Below, piece after piece: positions 1-9,319 of a stretch of DNA of 64,000 nt. Both the position numbers and the translations under genes were made by a program. Where the stretch lies: the NCBI GenBank assembly GCA_963775425.1, contig CAVZJB010000009.1, forward strand, positions 272,616 through 336,615, written 5' to 3'. The DNA is from an uncultured delta proteobacterium (lineage in GTDB: Bacteria > Myxococcota > UBA727 > VGSZ01). Positions within the stretch are counted from its first letter, which is position 1. Each line of letters opens with the position of its first letter. The notes under the pieces were generated by a model. That model ran no database searches and was not told where the DNA came from. It was given only the letters and a program-made list of their open reading frames with translations.

Positions 1-2
1 CG

Positions 3-1412
3 TGCACCCTGCCGCAGCTCGCCGAGATCGCGCGCAGCGGCGCGTTCCTCAACCGCGTCACCCTGTTCGGGAGCGAGGCGGCGGCGCGCGGCGTGTTCGC
101 CGCCATCCTCCTGCTGTTCGCGGGCGGGCTGCTCTACTACCTCTGGCGCGCCGGGCGCGATCCGCTCCTGCACGCGGCCGCCATCCTCTTCGCGCTCTCC
201 ACGCTCGCCAAGGGCCCCGTCGGCGTCGGCGTCTGCGGCCTCACGCTCCTGTGCACCATCGCCGTGCTCGGCGAGTGGGAGCGGATGCTGCGCCCGGCCG
301 CCGTCTCGTGCACCGCGCTGTTCCTCGCCATCTGCGCGCCGTGGCCCATCGTGATGACGTTCTTCACCGGGCTCGACGAGGAGCGAAAGACCTGGGTGCA
401 GCGCTTCATCTTCTACGACCTCCTCGGCCGCATCGGCCCCGGCGCCCACGGCGACCGCGGCTCGTTCAACTATTATGTGGAATACGCCGGCTTCGGCATG
501 TTCCCGTGGACGGGCCTGGTCCCGCCCGCGCTGTTCTCCGCCGCGGGCGCCCGCGCCGCGCCGCGAAACAAGGGCGAGCGCTTCACGGTGCTCGTCGCGC
601 TGTGGGCGGTGATCACCTTCGCCTTCTTCGCCGCCACGACGACCAAGTTCCACCACTACATCTTCCCGCTGTGCGTCCCCTGCGCGCTGCTCATCGGGCG
701 CTACCTCGACAAGCTGGTGTCCGAGCCCAAGCTGCGGGTGGCGCCGGTGGTGGCGTTCTTCGCGGTGACGCTGGCGGCGCTCATCGGCCGGGATCTCGTC
801 ACGGAGCCCTGGCAGCTCATCGACCTCTTCACCTACCACTACAAGAGCTACAAGCCTGCCTATTACTTCCCTTCAGATGAGGAGTGGCGGGTCGGTCTCA
901 GCATCGCGTGTTTTGGCGCCACCCTCGTCGTGGCCGCCGGCGCGGTGTGGGACATGGTGCGTCCGCCGCCGGAGGGCGAGCACAAGACCTGGCTCGGCTC
1001 GCTGGTCTTTTCCCGTCGCTGCGCCAGCGAGGGCTTCATCACCGCCTATCTCGCGGCTGCGATCTTGTTTGCGGTGTTTGCGGTGCAGGTCCACTTCAAC
1101 CGCGCCTCGCAGCACTGGAGCCAGCGCGAGATCTTCGATACCTACTATTCGATGAGAAAGGGTGACGAGCCCATCATCGCTTTCCAGATGGATTGGAAGG
1201 GTGAGACCTTCTACGGGAAGAACCAGGACATCCAGATCAAGCGCTCCGGCAGCGAGCTGAAGAAGGCCGTCGAGCGCCCGGGGCGCGAATTCGTCCTCGT
1301 CCAGACCGATCGCTACGGCAGCTTGAAGAGCGCGCTCGGCAAGGACTACGAATCACGCATCAAGGTCGTCGATCGAAGCAATCAAAAATGGTACCTGGTG
1401 CTGGTCGAGTGA
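3..1412 (+). CDS. Glycosyltransferase family 39 (ArnT/PMT-like) integral membrane protein, C-terminal part; 5' end lies outside the window
   Basis: Frame is open from window position 3. Multi-TM sequence typical of GT39 C-terminal regions. The 93..1412 ORF extends upstream without a stop. Confidence 0.6.
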   Translation, partial: CTLPQLAEIARSGAFLNRVTLFGSEAAARGVFAAILLLFAGGLLYYLWRAGRDPLLHAAAILFALSTLAKGPVGVGVCGLTLLCTIAVLGEWERMLRPAAVSCTALFLAICAPWPIVMTFFTGLDEERKTWVQRFIFYDLLGRIGPGAHGDRGSFNYYVEYAGFGMFPWTGLVPPALFSAAGARAAPRNKGERFTVLVALWAVITFAFFAATTTKFHHYIFPLCVPCALLIGRYLDKLVSEPKLRVAPVVAFFAVTLAALIGRDLVTEPWQLIDLFTYHYKSYKPAYYFPSDEEWRVGLSIACFGATLVVAAGAVWDMVRPPPEGEHKTWLGSLVFSRRCASEGFITAYLAAAILFAVFAVQVHFNRASQHWSQREIFDTYYSMRKGDEPIIAFQMDWKGETFYGKNQDIQIKRSGSELKKAVERPGREFVLVQTDRYGSLKSALGKDYESRIKVVDRSNQKWYLVLVE

Positions 1413-1422
1413 CGGGCCGCGC

Positions 1423-2106
1423 TCAATACGGCATGGCTTGCGCGTCGGGGTGGCCGGGGGAGAGGAAGCCGGGCGCGCCGGTGCCGTCGTCGCCGTCGTG
1501 CTTCTTCTCGGCGGTGAGGGCGTAGGAGACGGGGACGGCGGCGACGCCGACGGCCGCGACGGCGGCGCCGGCCACGACGAGCCCGTAGAGCGCGGGATCG
1601 CCGGCGCCGCCGCCGCCGCCGCCGGCGAGGAGGGTGTAGAGCGTGGCGGCGCTGACGACGCCTGCGACGGCGGCGACGTACGACGCGACGACGGGCCAGA
1701 GCGCGGGCGCGCGGCTCGGGCCGAGCCGATCGCCGAGGATGGTGGCGGCGTAGCCGCTGGCGGCTGGCAGCAGGCACGCGACGCAGGCGCCGCCGGGCAC
1801 CACGGCGGCGATGATCAGCGCGCAGGGCATGCCGACGACGCTGACGCTGCAGGGCACGAGCGCTTGCAGGCACCCCACGAGGACGGGGTCGAGGGGCGCC
1901 GGCGCTCTCCGCTCGTCCGGCCGCACGGGCCGCGGCCGCGGTGTCGGTGTCGGTGTCGGTGTCGACGCCGGCGGCGGGGCGCGCGCCGCGGGGACGCGCT
2001 CCGAAGACCCATCGAGCAACGGCGGCGGCGGCGGCAGTGGATCGACCGGGGTCGCTCCGACCGGGGCCTGGGCCAACGCGGCGACCGTGACGACCAGCCC
2101 GAGCAC
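1423..2106 (-). CDS. Hypothetical membrane protein (signal peptide, Pro/Thr-rich linker, ~4 TM helices)
   Basis: ORF 1423..2106 has natural amino-acid composition and hydrophobic helices. The antisense ORF is Gly/Asp/Arg-rich and looks like an artefact. Confidence 0.4.
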   Translation of the reverse strand: MLGLVVTVAALAQAPVGATPVDPLPPPPPLLDGSSERVPAARAPPPASTPTPTPTPRPRPVRPDERRAPAPLDPVLVGCLQALVPCSVSVVGMPCALIIAAVVPGGACVACLLPAASGYAATILGDRLGPSRAPALWPVVASYVAAVAGVVSAATLYTLLAGGGGGGAGDPALYGLVVAGAAVAAVGVAAVPVSYALTAEKKHDGDDGTGAPGFLSPGHPDAQAMPY

Positions 2107-2198
2107 GGCGCCACTCTACCTGCCTGCGCGCCATGGCGCCCGTCACTACGACCTTCCGACGCCGCGGCTATCATCGAGCGACGTCCGCGAGGTTCTTC

Positions 2199-3140
2199 AT
2201 GAGCGACCAGAGATGTGAAAACTGCGGCTGTGGGCTCGGCGACGCCGCTGCGTGTCCCGCGTGTGGCCTCGCGCGCATCGGCGCCAGCGTCGGCGCCGTC
2301 GCCGAGAGGCGCTACGACGTCGCGCCGCTCCCCGCCGGCCCCTACGAAGTGGAGCTCGGCATCGGCGACACGCTCTCGTGGACGTTCAAGATGTGGTGGG
2401 ACAACCTGCCGCGCCTCATGGCGCTCGGCTTCGTGCCGTACGCCCTCATGTTGCCGTTCGTCATCCTGGGCGGCGGGCTCGCGCTCAGCCCGCGCTGGGC
2501 CGAAGAGCTGTTCAGCCCGCAAAACCTCGTGTGGCTGGTGCCCGCGGGCTGCGTGCTCTTCGTGGTCTTCATCGTCGCCGGCCTGAGCGCGGCGGGGGGC
2601 GTCGTGCACCTGGTCGACGAGCAGCAGCACGGGGTGCGCGTCGGCGCCTTCGCCGCGCTCCTGACGGGGGCCCGCCACGTCGGGTGGCTCGGCCTCGGGT
2701 GGCTGCTCTTCTCGGCGCTCATGATCTTCGCCGTGGCCGGCCCCGCGCTCCCCATCGCCGTCGCCCTGGATCGCTCGGAGGCGCAAACGGCGCTGTTCGC
2801 GCTCCCGGGTCTCGCCACCGTCGTCGTCGCCATGGTGATCGGCGCGCGCCTCGCGCCCGCGTTCCCGGCGATCATCGTCGAGGACATCGGGCTCGGGCAG
2901 GCGATGTCGCGCGCCTGGTCGTTGACGCGCGGCCGCACGCTGACCGTGCTCGGCGCGTCGGTGCTGTTCATGGTGGCCTACTTCGCCATGAGCATGACGG
3001 CCGGCCTGGTGGGCATCGTGCCCATCCTCGGGCTGGTCGCGCAGCTCGCCATCTCGGCGATGATGGCGCCGCTCACCTACGTCTTTCCGTTCGCCGTCTA
3101 CGCCGGCTGCGTCCGCGCCGAGCAGCGCGCTCAGCGGTAG
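2199..3140 (+). CDS. Hypothetical multi-pass membrane protein with N-terminal zinc-ribbon (CxxC...CxxC)
   Basis: ATG at 2199 (MSDQRCENCGCG...CPACG), followed by 6-7 predicted TM segments. Confidence 0.5.
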   Translation: MSDQRCENCGCGLGDAAACPACGLARIGASVGAVAERRYDVAPLPAGPYEVELGIGDTLSWTFKMWWDNLPRLMALGFVPYALMLPFVILGGGLALSPRWAEELFSPQNLVWLVPAGCVLFVVFIVAGLSAAGGVVHLVDEQQHGVRVGAFAALLTGARHVGWLGLGWLLFSALMIFAVAGPALPIAVALDRSEAQTALFALPGLATVVVAMVIGARLAPAFPAIIVEDIGLGQAMSRAWSLTRGRTLTVLGASVLFMVAYFAMSMTAGLVGIVPILGLVAQLAISAMMAPLTYVFPFAVYAGCVRAEQRAQR

Positions 3141-3562
3141 ATCGCCGCCCAGCCCGCCGGGTCCTTGAACAGCCGCACGCAGCGGATGGTCTTTTTGTCC
3201 GTGAGCTCGAAGCGGTGGTGTTTGCCCTTGGGGACGACGATCAGGTCGCCGGGCTCCACCACCACGCGCATCCACCTGTCGTCGTTGCTGCGGATGTCGA
3301 AGACGCCCTCGCCCTCGAGGACGAAGCGCACCTCGTCATCGTCGTGGTGGTGCTCCGGATCGAACTTGGCGAGCAGGCCCTCGAGGTTCGCCGTGTCGGG
3401 GCGCAGGGCCACCTCGTCCTGCGTGATGTAGCCGCGGCGCTTGGTGAGCTCGTCGAGCGCGGGCTGGTGCGCGCCGAGGGGCAGGTCGCGATAGATGACA
3501 CCGTTTTCCTCGAGGAGGTTCCCGTCGATGGCCTCGTTGGTGTCGCGGAAGAAGGCTCTCAT
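3131..3562 (-). CDS. mtnD: Acireductone dioxygenase (1,2-dihydroxy-3-keto-5-methylthiopentene dioxygenase), cupin
   Basis: 143-aa cupin with an HHHDDDEVRF...GEGVF motif typical of ARD. Internal ATG at 3560-3562 overlaps the mtnB stop (ATGA). Confidence 0.75.
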   Translation of the reverse strand: MRAFFRDTNEAIDGNLLEENGVIYRDLPLGAHQPALDELTKRRGYITQDEVALRPDTANLEGLLAKFDPEHHHDDDEVRFVLEGEGVFDIRSNDDRWMRVVVEPGDLIVVPKGKHHRFELTDKKTIRCVRLFKDPAGWAAIYR

Positions 3563-4242
3563 GGCTGCGTCTCCGAGGGGTGACGTCGCATGTGTACGGC
3601 GACGTCGAAGAGGTAGTCGTAGCACTCGGCGTGGCGCTTGGCTTCGCGCCAGTCCGCGCCCCACACGTAGACCCCGTGGCGGCGCACGAGGACCGCGTGC
3701 GCGTCGGGGTATCCGGCGACGGCGGCGCTCAGGGAGTCCGCCAGGTCGCACTCGCGGGCCGTGTTTTCGATGACGGGCACGCGGTGGACGTCGTCGTAGC
3801 CGACGCCGCGCAGGCCCTTCATCATCTCGAGCTTCGTGAGCACGACCTCGCGATCGAACGCGAGGGTGGCGAAGAGCGCGCGCTTGCTGTGTGTGTGGAT
3901 GACGGCGCCGGCGCCGCGGAGCTTCATGGCCGCGAGGAACAGCGGGCGGCACTGCGAGACGGTGAAGCCCGACGACGCCGGCGGCCCCGCCTTCACCTCA
4001 CCGTCGTCGTCGAGCTCGAAGATGACGTCGGGCGTGAGCAGCTCCTTTTGCACCCCCGACGGCGCCATGAAGGTGCGCCCGTCGTGGCGGATGGAGATGC
4101 CGCCGCCGGTGCCGCTCACCCAGCCCTGCGTATAGAAGCGCCGGCCGAGCGCGCAGATGACGCGCTTGGCGTCGTCCGCGGAGCCGACCGGCTTGTCCTC
4201 GAGGTCCACACGGAGAGCTTGCCCGGCCGCCGCGCGCCCCAC
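3559..4242 (-). CDS. mtnB: Methylthioribulose-1-phosphate dehydratase (class II aldolase/adducin family)
   Basis: Class II aldolase fold with metal-binding HTHS and RRHGVYVWG motifs. Its stop overlaps the mtnD start. Confidence 0.75.
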   Translation of the reverse strand: MGRAAAGQALRVDLEDKPVGSADDAKRVICALGRRFYTQGWVSGTGGGISIRHDGRTFMAPSGVQKELLTPDVIFELDDDGEVKAGPPASSGFTVSQCRPLFLAAMKLRGAGAVIHTHSKRALFATLAFDREVVLTKLEMMKGLRGVGYDDVHRVPVIENTARECDLADSLSAAVAGYPDAHAVLVRRHGVYVWGADWREAKRHAECYDYLFDVAVHMRRHPSETQP

Positions 4243-4259
4243 AAGCCGGCCCGCGGGCC

Positions 4260-6701
4260 CTATTGCACGACGGCGGCGAGGTTGTCGGTGCAGGCGTAGC
4301 TGTCGTCGAAGCTGCTCTGGTCGTAGGTCGGGTTCAGGCCGCCGCCCACCGAGAGGGTGTCGCCGTCGACGGTGATGGTCCCCGAGATCTGGTTGGTGAC
4401 GCCGTCGAGGCTGCCGTTGACGGCGCTCAGGTCGGTGTCGGGGATCTCGATCTCGAAGGTCTTGCCCTGCGCCTCGAGCGTGGCGTGGGCGTTTCGCAGG
4501 TGCACGTTGGAGATGCGCGCCACCGGCGTCGGCACGTCGAAGGTCTGGGTGTCGTCGGCGCGGGCGCCGGTCGCGGGCTCCACCGTCGCCGACAGCGTGC
4601 CGTCGTGGATGGTGAGCTTGCCGATGGGCTCGCTCTCGCCCGCCGCCAACGGATACGTAACGAACTCGTGGAGCGCCGTGTTGTCGAGCCAGATGGTCAC
4701 GCTCTCGTCGTTGCGCGGCTCGATGGCGTCGATGATCAGGAACTGGGTGGTGCGCTCGCCGAGGACGGTGCGCGTGGCGTTCACGTCAGCGGTGCCCTGG
4801 TAGAACGTCGCGCCGCCGCTGCAGTCCTCGCTGAGCGTCTGCAGGTTCGGGTCGCCGACGGTGCAGCCGGAGACGTCCCACGTCATCGAGCCCATGTCTC
4901 CCGGGTTGCCCTGAACGTCGCTCGGGAAGATCAACACGCCGAGCTGGTCCTCGAAGCCGCAGTTGCTGTCGCCGTTCACCATGGTCGCCACCGTGCCCAC
5001 CGTCTGGATCACCAGGCGCGCGGCGCCGTCGGCGATGACCTGGTGGAAGTTGCACTGCGCGTCGCTCGCCGGCACCGCCATGTTGGGCGTGCAGGCGTAG
5101 CTCGCGTTGAACGCGGCGGCGTCGTAGTTGGGGTCGAGGATGGGGGCGCCCTCGAGGGGGATCTGGTAGTCGGTGCCGTTGACGGTGATGTCGCCGGCGA
5201 GCTTGTTCTCCACGCCGTCCTTGTTGCCGTTTTGCGCCGAGAGGCTGCTGCCGTCGATGTCGATGCGCAGCGCGTTGCCCGCGGCGCGCACGATGCCCAC
5301 CGCGCCGGGCTGCCACGCCAGGTCGTCGAACGTGGACACGGGCGTGGGGATGCTGCACGCGCCGGTGAGCGTGTCCTGCGCCATGCGCGGCTCCATCCGT
5401 CCGTCGATGCCGCCCTCGACGACCTCGAGGGATTGGTCGGAGACGCTGTCGGTGACGCGAAAGTTCTGGAAGTCGATGTGGAACGTGAACGACGCAGGGT
5501 CGCGTGACGTCGGGATCACCGGCTGCGACGGGTCGCCGCTCAGGCGGCCGCGCAGGCGCATGGTCCCCGTGATGAGCGCGGTGCCCTCGGCGTAGGTGGT
5601 CTTGCCCGAGCAATCGCGCGCGACCTCGGTGGGCGTGGGGAACACCAGCGCGCAGGGTTGATCGATGCGGAACACGGCCTCGCCGCCCTCGTGGCCGACG
5701 TCGCCGGTGATCTGGGCGTTCGCGATGACGCCGGGGCTCATGAAGCCGCAGCGGGTGTCGGCGGCGGCGACGGAGATCACGTTGCCCACGTTGTTCACCG
5801 TGAGCTTGGCGGCGCCGTCGGCGAGCTGCGGCGTGAGGTCCTTGCAGACGTACTCCACGGGCAGCTTGAGGTCGTCGACGCAGGCGAACGAGTTGGCGAA
5901 CTCGTCGGCCTTGTAGTCCGGGTCGAGCACGTGGTCGTCGTTGAGGTCGACGTCGCTGTCCCAGACCGTGATCTTGCCCTCGAGGTAGTTCTCGAAGTCG
6001 CCGTAGACGCCGAGCTGCGCCTTCTCCTCGAGCGACGGGACGTCGACGTCGAAGATGTGGCCGTCGTCGTCGACGGTGTAGGTGGCGTCCGTGACCTTGA
6101 TGCTGTTGAGCGTGACGTCGCTGGTGGGGACGCCGCAGACGCCGAGCGAGATGTTCTGCGCGAGGTGGATGCTCGCGCTCTCGTCGACGTGGCCCGTATG
6201 CATGGTCAGGCCGGTGGTCTTGTCGCTCAAGCGGATCTGGTAGTCCTGCACGTCGGCGCTGACGGTGATGGCGACGGCGTCCGGGGACGACGGGATCACG
6301 GGGTTTTCGGGGTTGCCGGTGAGGGTGCCGGTGACGGTGCGGGTGGCGCTCAAGGTGACCTTGCCGCTCACCGTGGTCTTCTCCCCGTTGCAGTCTTCGC
6401 TGGGGGCCCCGCCCGGGACCAGCGTGTCGCCGAAGTCCATGACGCAGTTGTCGACGGTCCAGGTGACGGTGCCGGGGCCGCCGAGCTCACCGTCCTCGAC
6501 GTAGTTGTCCTGCACGTGCTTCGAGGAGAAGCCGCAATTCGTGTCGGCGTCGGCGAGCGCGATGAGCTTCACCGCGTTTCGCACCGTGAGGCGCGCGGCG
6601 CCGGCGCCGACGTCCTTGGGAAAGAATTGCTCGATCTCGCACCCGCCGCCGAGCGCCACGGCGGAGAAGGTGAAGACCAGGATGATGCAGCGCGTAAGCA
6701 T
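4260..6701 (-). CDS. Secreted lipoprotein with three tandem ~240-aa internal repeats (unknown repeat family)
   Basis: ATG at 6699-6701 with GGAGG 8-10 nt upstream. Signal peptide MLTRCIILVFTFSAVALGGGC. Each repeat begins ADGAA(K/R)L...AD.(N/R)CGF. The remainder of the 4260..8996 ORF is an Arg-rich alternate-frame artefact. Confidence 0.65.
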   Translation of the reverse strand: MLTRCIILVFTFSAVALGGGCEIEQFFPKDVGAGAARLTVRNAVKLIALADADTNCGFSSKHVQDNYVEDGELGGPGTVTWTVDNCVMDFGDTLVPGGAPSEDCNGEKTTVSGKVTLSATRTVTGTLTGNPENPVIPSSPDAVAITVSADVQDYQIRLSDKTTGLTMHTGHVDESASIHLAQNISLGVCGVPTSDVTLNSIKVTDATYTVDDDGHIFDVDVPSLEEKAQLGVYGDFENYLEGKITVWDSDVDLNDDHVLDPDYKADEFANSFACVDDLKLPVEYVCKDLTPQLADGAAKLTVNNVGNVISVAAADTRCGFMSPGVIANAQITGDVGHEGGEAVFRIDQPCALVFPTPTEVARDCSGKTTYAEGTALITGTMRLRGRLSGDPSQPVIPTSRDPASFTFHIDFQNFRVTDSVSDQSLEVVEGGIDGRMEPRMAQDTLTGACSIPTPVSTFDDLAWQPGAVGIVRAAGNALRIDIDGSSLSAQNGNKDGVENKLAGDITVNGTDYQIPLEGAPILDPNYDAAAFNASYACTPNMAVPASDAQCNFHQVIADGAARLVIQTVGTVATMVNGDSNCGFEDQLGVLIFPSDVQGNPGDMGSMTWDVSGCTVGDPNLQTLSEDCSGGATFYQGTADVNATRTVLGERTTQFLIIDAIEPRNDESVTIWLDNTALHEFVTYPLAAGESEPIGKLTIHDGTLSATVEPATGARADDTQTFDVPTPVARISNVHLRNAHATLEAQGKTFEIEIPDTDLSAVNGSLDGVTNQISGTITVDGDTLSVGGGLNPTYDQSSFDDSYACTDNLAAVVQ

Positions 6702-6749
6702 GCAGGAATCCCTCCCGGGAACGACTTGGGTCATGTATCGCACCTGCAT

Positions 6750-7934
6750 ATGCGACCGTTGCCTACATGGTCTGACCATCGGGCGTTTGACCGAGATCTG
6801 CGCGAGATCTCGTCGACGACGCAGGGGCGCGCGGCCCCGGCGTCGGGCGCCCCCTCCCCGGCGGGCCGCGGGGTCACGCGCCGCTTCTACTGGGAGCTGG
6901 TCTCGCTGCGGCGATCCGGGGGCCCGCAGGCGGCGGCGGTGCTCGCGGACCGGCGCATGGACGTGGCCCTCTCGGCGCTGCGCGCGGCCCGGCCGGAGGA
7001 GCCGCTGCGCATCGCCTGCGTGCTCGAGCTCGCCGACGAGATGGACGTGGCGCCGCTGTTGCGCGCGCGCGCGGCCCTGGCCCGCCACGAGATCGCGCTC
7101 GATCTCTGGCCGCAGCTCGCCGGCGCCGAGCGCTTCCTGAACACGGGCACCGCCGAGATCTTCCAGCAGCGGTTGCTGCCGCTCCTCGACGTGCTCGCCC
7201 GCAGCGACGATGGCTGCGACATCGGCGTCGCCCTCGACCTCGAGCCCAACGAGGCGCTCGCGCGGGCGGCGTGGGAGATGCGGGCGCCGGGCTCCTCGCT
7301 CTTCGAGCGCGCGCGCGCGCTCGGTCGCATCGCGAGGAGCGTGGGCGGCAGCGTGGCCATGGCGCGCCAGGGGCGCCGGGACCTCGCCGAGCTCGCGCGC
7401 GACCTGCAGGCGCGCGATCTCCCGGTGCACGTCGCGGTGATGCCGCCGCTGTCGTCGTCCACGAGTGACACGCTGCGCGCGTGGGCGCTCGGCTGCCCCG
7501 CCGTCGACGACGACGGCCGGCCGCTCTTCGGCCTTCAGGCCGCCATGTGCTACGCGTCGCTCACCCGGCGGCTGCCGGAGCGCCTGCGCGCCAGGGTGGA
7601 CCCGCGGCCCCTCGACGACGACGACGACGACGCGCGCGACGCGGACCGCCGCCGCGACAAGGACACGCTCGCCTTGTGGGCGGCCCGCCACCGCACCGCC
7701 TTCGACGCCGTCGTCGTCGGCATGACCGCCACCGGCATCCTCGGCGACGAGCCCGTCTACGAAGACCCCGCGGTGCTCGCCGAAGACGTGCGCGCCATGG
7801 AGGCCCTCGGCTTCTCGGACGTCGCCCTCTACGCGCTCGAGGGCCTGTTCTTCGGCCCCGCCGGCCCCGGCGACGACCTTGCGCTCCGCCCCGACGTCGA
7901 GCGCTGGCTCGGCGCCGCGTTCGGCGAGGCCTGA
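6750..7934 (+). CDS. Hypothetical protein (start uncertain; alternative ATG at 6957)
   Basis: The distal part of ORF 5658..7934 has normal composition. The proximal part is antisense to the repeat lipoprotein gene. Confidence 0.4.
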   Translation: MRPLPTWSDHRAFDRDLREISSTTQGRAAPASGAPSPAGRGVTRRFYWELVSLRRSGGPQAAAVLADRRMDVALSALRAARPEEPLRIACVLELADEMDVAPLLRARAALARHEIALDLWPQLAGAERFLNTGTAEIFQQRLLPLLDVLARSDDGCDIGVALDLEPNEALARAAWEMRAPGSSLFERARALGRIARSVGGSVAMARQGRRDLAELARDLQARDLPVHVAVMPPLSSSTSDTLRAWALGCPAVDDDGRPLFGLQAAMCYASLTRRLPERLRARVDPRPLDDDDDDARDADRRRDKDTLALWAARHRTAFDAVVVGMTATGILGDEPVYEDPAVLAEDVRAMEALGFSDVALYALEGLFFGPAGPGDDLALRPDVERWLGAAFGEA

Positions 7935-7948
7935 GGAGACGGCCGCAC

Positions 7949-8881
7949 CTACGGGCCGATGGACCAGGCGGCGAACGAGTCGAACGACGTCACCATGCGG
8001 TTGGACCGGAGCACGACGCCGCCGGCGGGCGTGGCGGTGGCGTCGACGACGGTGGCCACGCCCTCGAGCTGGCACTGCAGCGAGCCGTCGAGCACCGCGC
8101 GCAACAAGAGCGTGGGTCCGACGATCTGATCGGGGCTCGCGAGGTCGCTCGACGCGCGGAATTCGCTGGCGTCGTTGTTCACCAGCCCGTCGATGACGAG
8201 CGCCTGCGCGCCGTCGCCGATGACGGGGAAGCACATCACGCCGTCGGCGTCGCCGGTCATGCCGACGCCGATGCCCGCGCTCGCCGTGTTGAACTGGCCG
8301 CCGAGCTCGAAGCTCTCCACGGTGAAGCGGAGCTCGACGACGATGTGGTCGGTGGGGGCGATGTCGGTGCGCCGCAGGATCTCGGCGTCGGCGGTGGCCG
8401 TGTGATGAAGCTGATCGTTCGAGAGGCTCCATGAGCCGGCGCCGGTCCACGCCGACGAGAGCACCACGCCGTCGAACGCGTCGAACGCGATGAGCACGTC
8501 GCCGCCCTGGTCGGGCCGTGGGTCGCACGCGTCGCCGACGCCGTCGCCGTCGCTGTCGGCCTGGGCCGCGTCCGAGGTGGTGGGGCAGTCGTCGCAGCGG
8601 TCGGCGACGCCGTCGTTGTCCTCGTCGTGGGTGCCGCAGGGATCGCCTTCGCCTTCGCCCTCGCCGCCTTCGCCCTCGCCCTCGCCCTCGCCGAAGTCGG
8701 TGATGCAGTGTCCGTCGCGGCAGACGTGGCCTACGAAGCAGTCGCTGTCGGCGTTGCAGATGACGCCGCTGTCGTCGGGCGGGCAGCCGCTCGTCGCCAC
8801 GATCGCCACGAACACGAGCGCGGCGCGCGCGAGCGCCGCTACGGGCGCGGTGGCGAGGCCGGAGACCGGGGGGCGGCGCAT
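7949..8881 (-). CDS. Lipoprotein with thrombospondin type-3-like Ca-binding repeats and a GEGEGE linker
   Basis: ATG at 8879-8881. Signal peptide with lipobox ATSGC. DxDxDGxxDxxD repeats. Stop is TAG at 7949-7951. Confidence 0.65.
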   Translation of the reverse strand: MRRPPVSGLATAPVAALARAALVFVAIVATSGCPPDDSGVICNADSDCFVGHVCRDGHCITDFGEGEGEGEGGEGEGEGDPCGTHDEDNDGVADRCDDCPTTSDAAQADSDGDGVGDACDPRPDQGGDVLIAFDAFDGVVLSSAWTGAGSWSLSNDQLHHTATADAEILRRTDIAPTDHIVVELRFTVESFELGGQFNTASAGIGVGMTGDADGVMCFPVIGDGAQALVIDGLVNNDASEFRASSDLASPDQIVGPTLLLRAVLDGSLQCQLEGVATVVDATATPAGGVVLRSNRMVTSFDSFAAWSIGP

Positions 8882-8946
8882 GCGCCGAGGATAGCGCGCC
8901 GCAGGCGGGGTCGCCGTCTCCGTCGAGAGCCCTACGCGGCCGCGGT

Positions 8947-9300
8947 TCACTTGCAGGCGGCTTCGACCTTGTCGAGCGTCCACGTGTCGGGGCCATAGCG
9001 GCCGAGCACCACGCCGTCGGCGTCGATGAGCCACGCGCCCTTCACGCCGACCTTCACCATGTAGCCGGCCTCGGGCTTCCGGGCGGTCACGGTGGCGCCG
9101 TCGAGCGTGCCCCGCAGGACGCGCGCGACGTCGAGCACCAGCTCCTGTGAGGGGTTCAGCGTCCCCTTGTCGCTCCACGTCGCCGGTTTGTCGGGCGGCG
9201 GCGGCGTCGGCCCCGTGGCGGTGACCTCTTTGACCGTGGCTTCGACGACGAGCGTGGCGAGCGGGATGATCTCGTGGAGGGGCTCGGGGGGCTTGGCCAT
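8947..9300 (-). CDS. Hypothetical small protein (117 aa)
   Basis: ORF with normal composition, sitting between the calpain-like gene and the TSP3 lipoprotein gene on the same strand. Confidence 0.35.
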   Translation of the reverse strand: MAKPPEPLHEIIPLATLVVEATVKEVTATGPTPPPPDKPATWSDKGTLNPSQELVLDVARVLRGTLDGATVTARKPEAGYMVKVGVKGAWLIDADGVVLGRYGPDTWTLDKVEAACK

Positions 9301-9319
9301 GCCGGACGTTATCCCGTCG

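Noticed and set aside
1308-1313. GAATTC (EcoRI) sites at 1308, 8158 and 62757, and in-frame or noncoding GAATC/GATTC at about 1345, 6706, 12366, 14326, 14476, 16199, 17957, 18589, 18782, 37933, 39802, 57257 and 57328
   Set aside because: The reading frames through the coding sites are intact and consistent with homologs, so these are not frameshift sites. I could not evaluate the noncoding ones.
5658-6749. N-terminal part of ORF 5658..7934 (+)
   Set aside because: Antisense to the three-repeat lipoprotein gene. Only the distal part (from about 6750) looks like real coding sequence.
6702-8996. Upstream 765-codon Arg-rich extension of ORF 4260..8996 (and similar Arg/Pro-rich ORFs, e.g. 1815..3275, 23998..26376, 25347..27647, 31503..32492, 35693..38506)
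   Set aside because: Extreme Arg/Gly/Pro composition is typical of out-of-frame or antisense translation of 70%-GC coding DNA. They overlap better-supported genes on the other strand or frame, and have no motifs.
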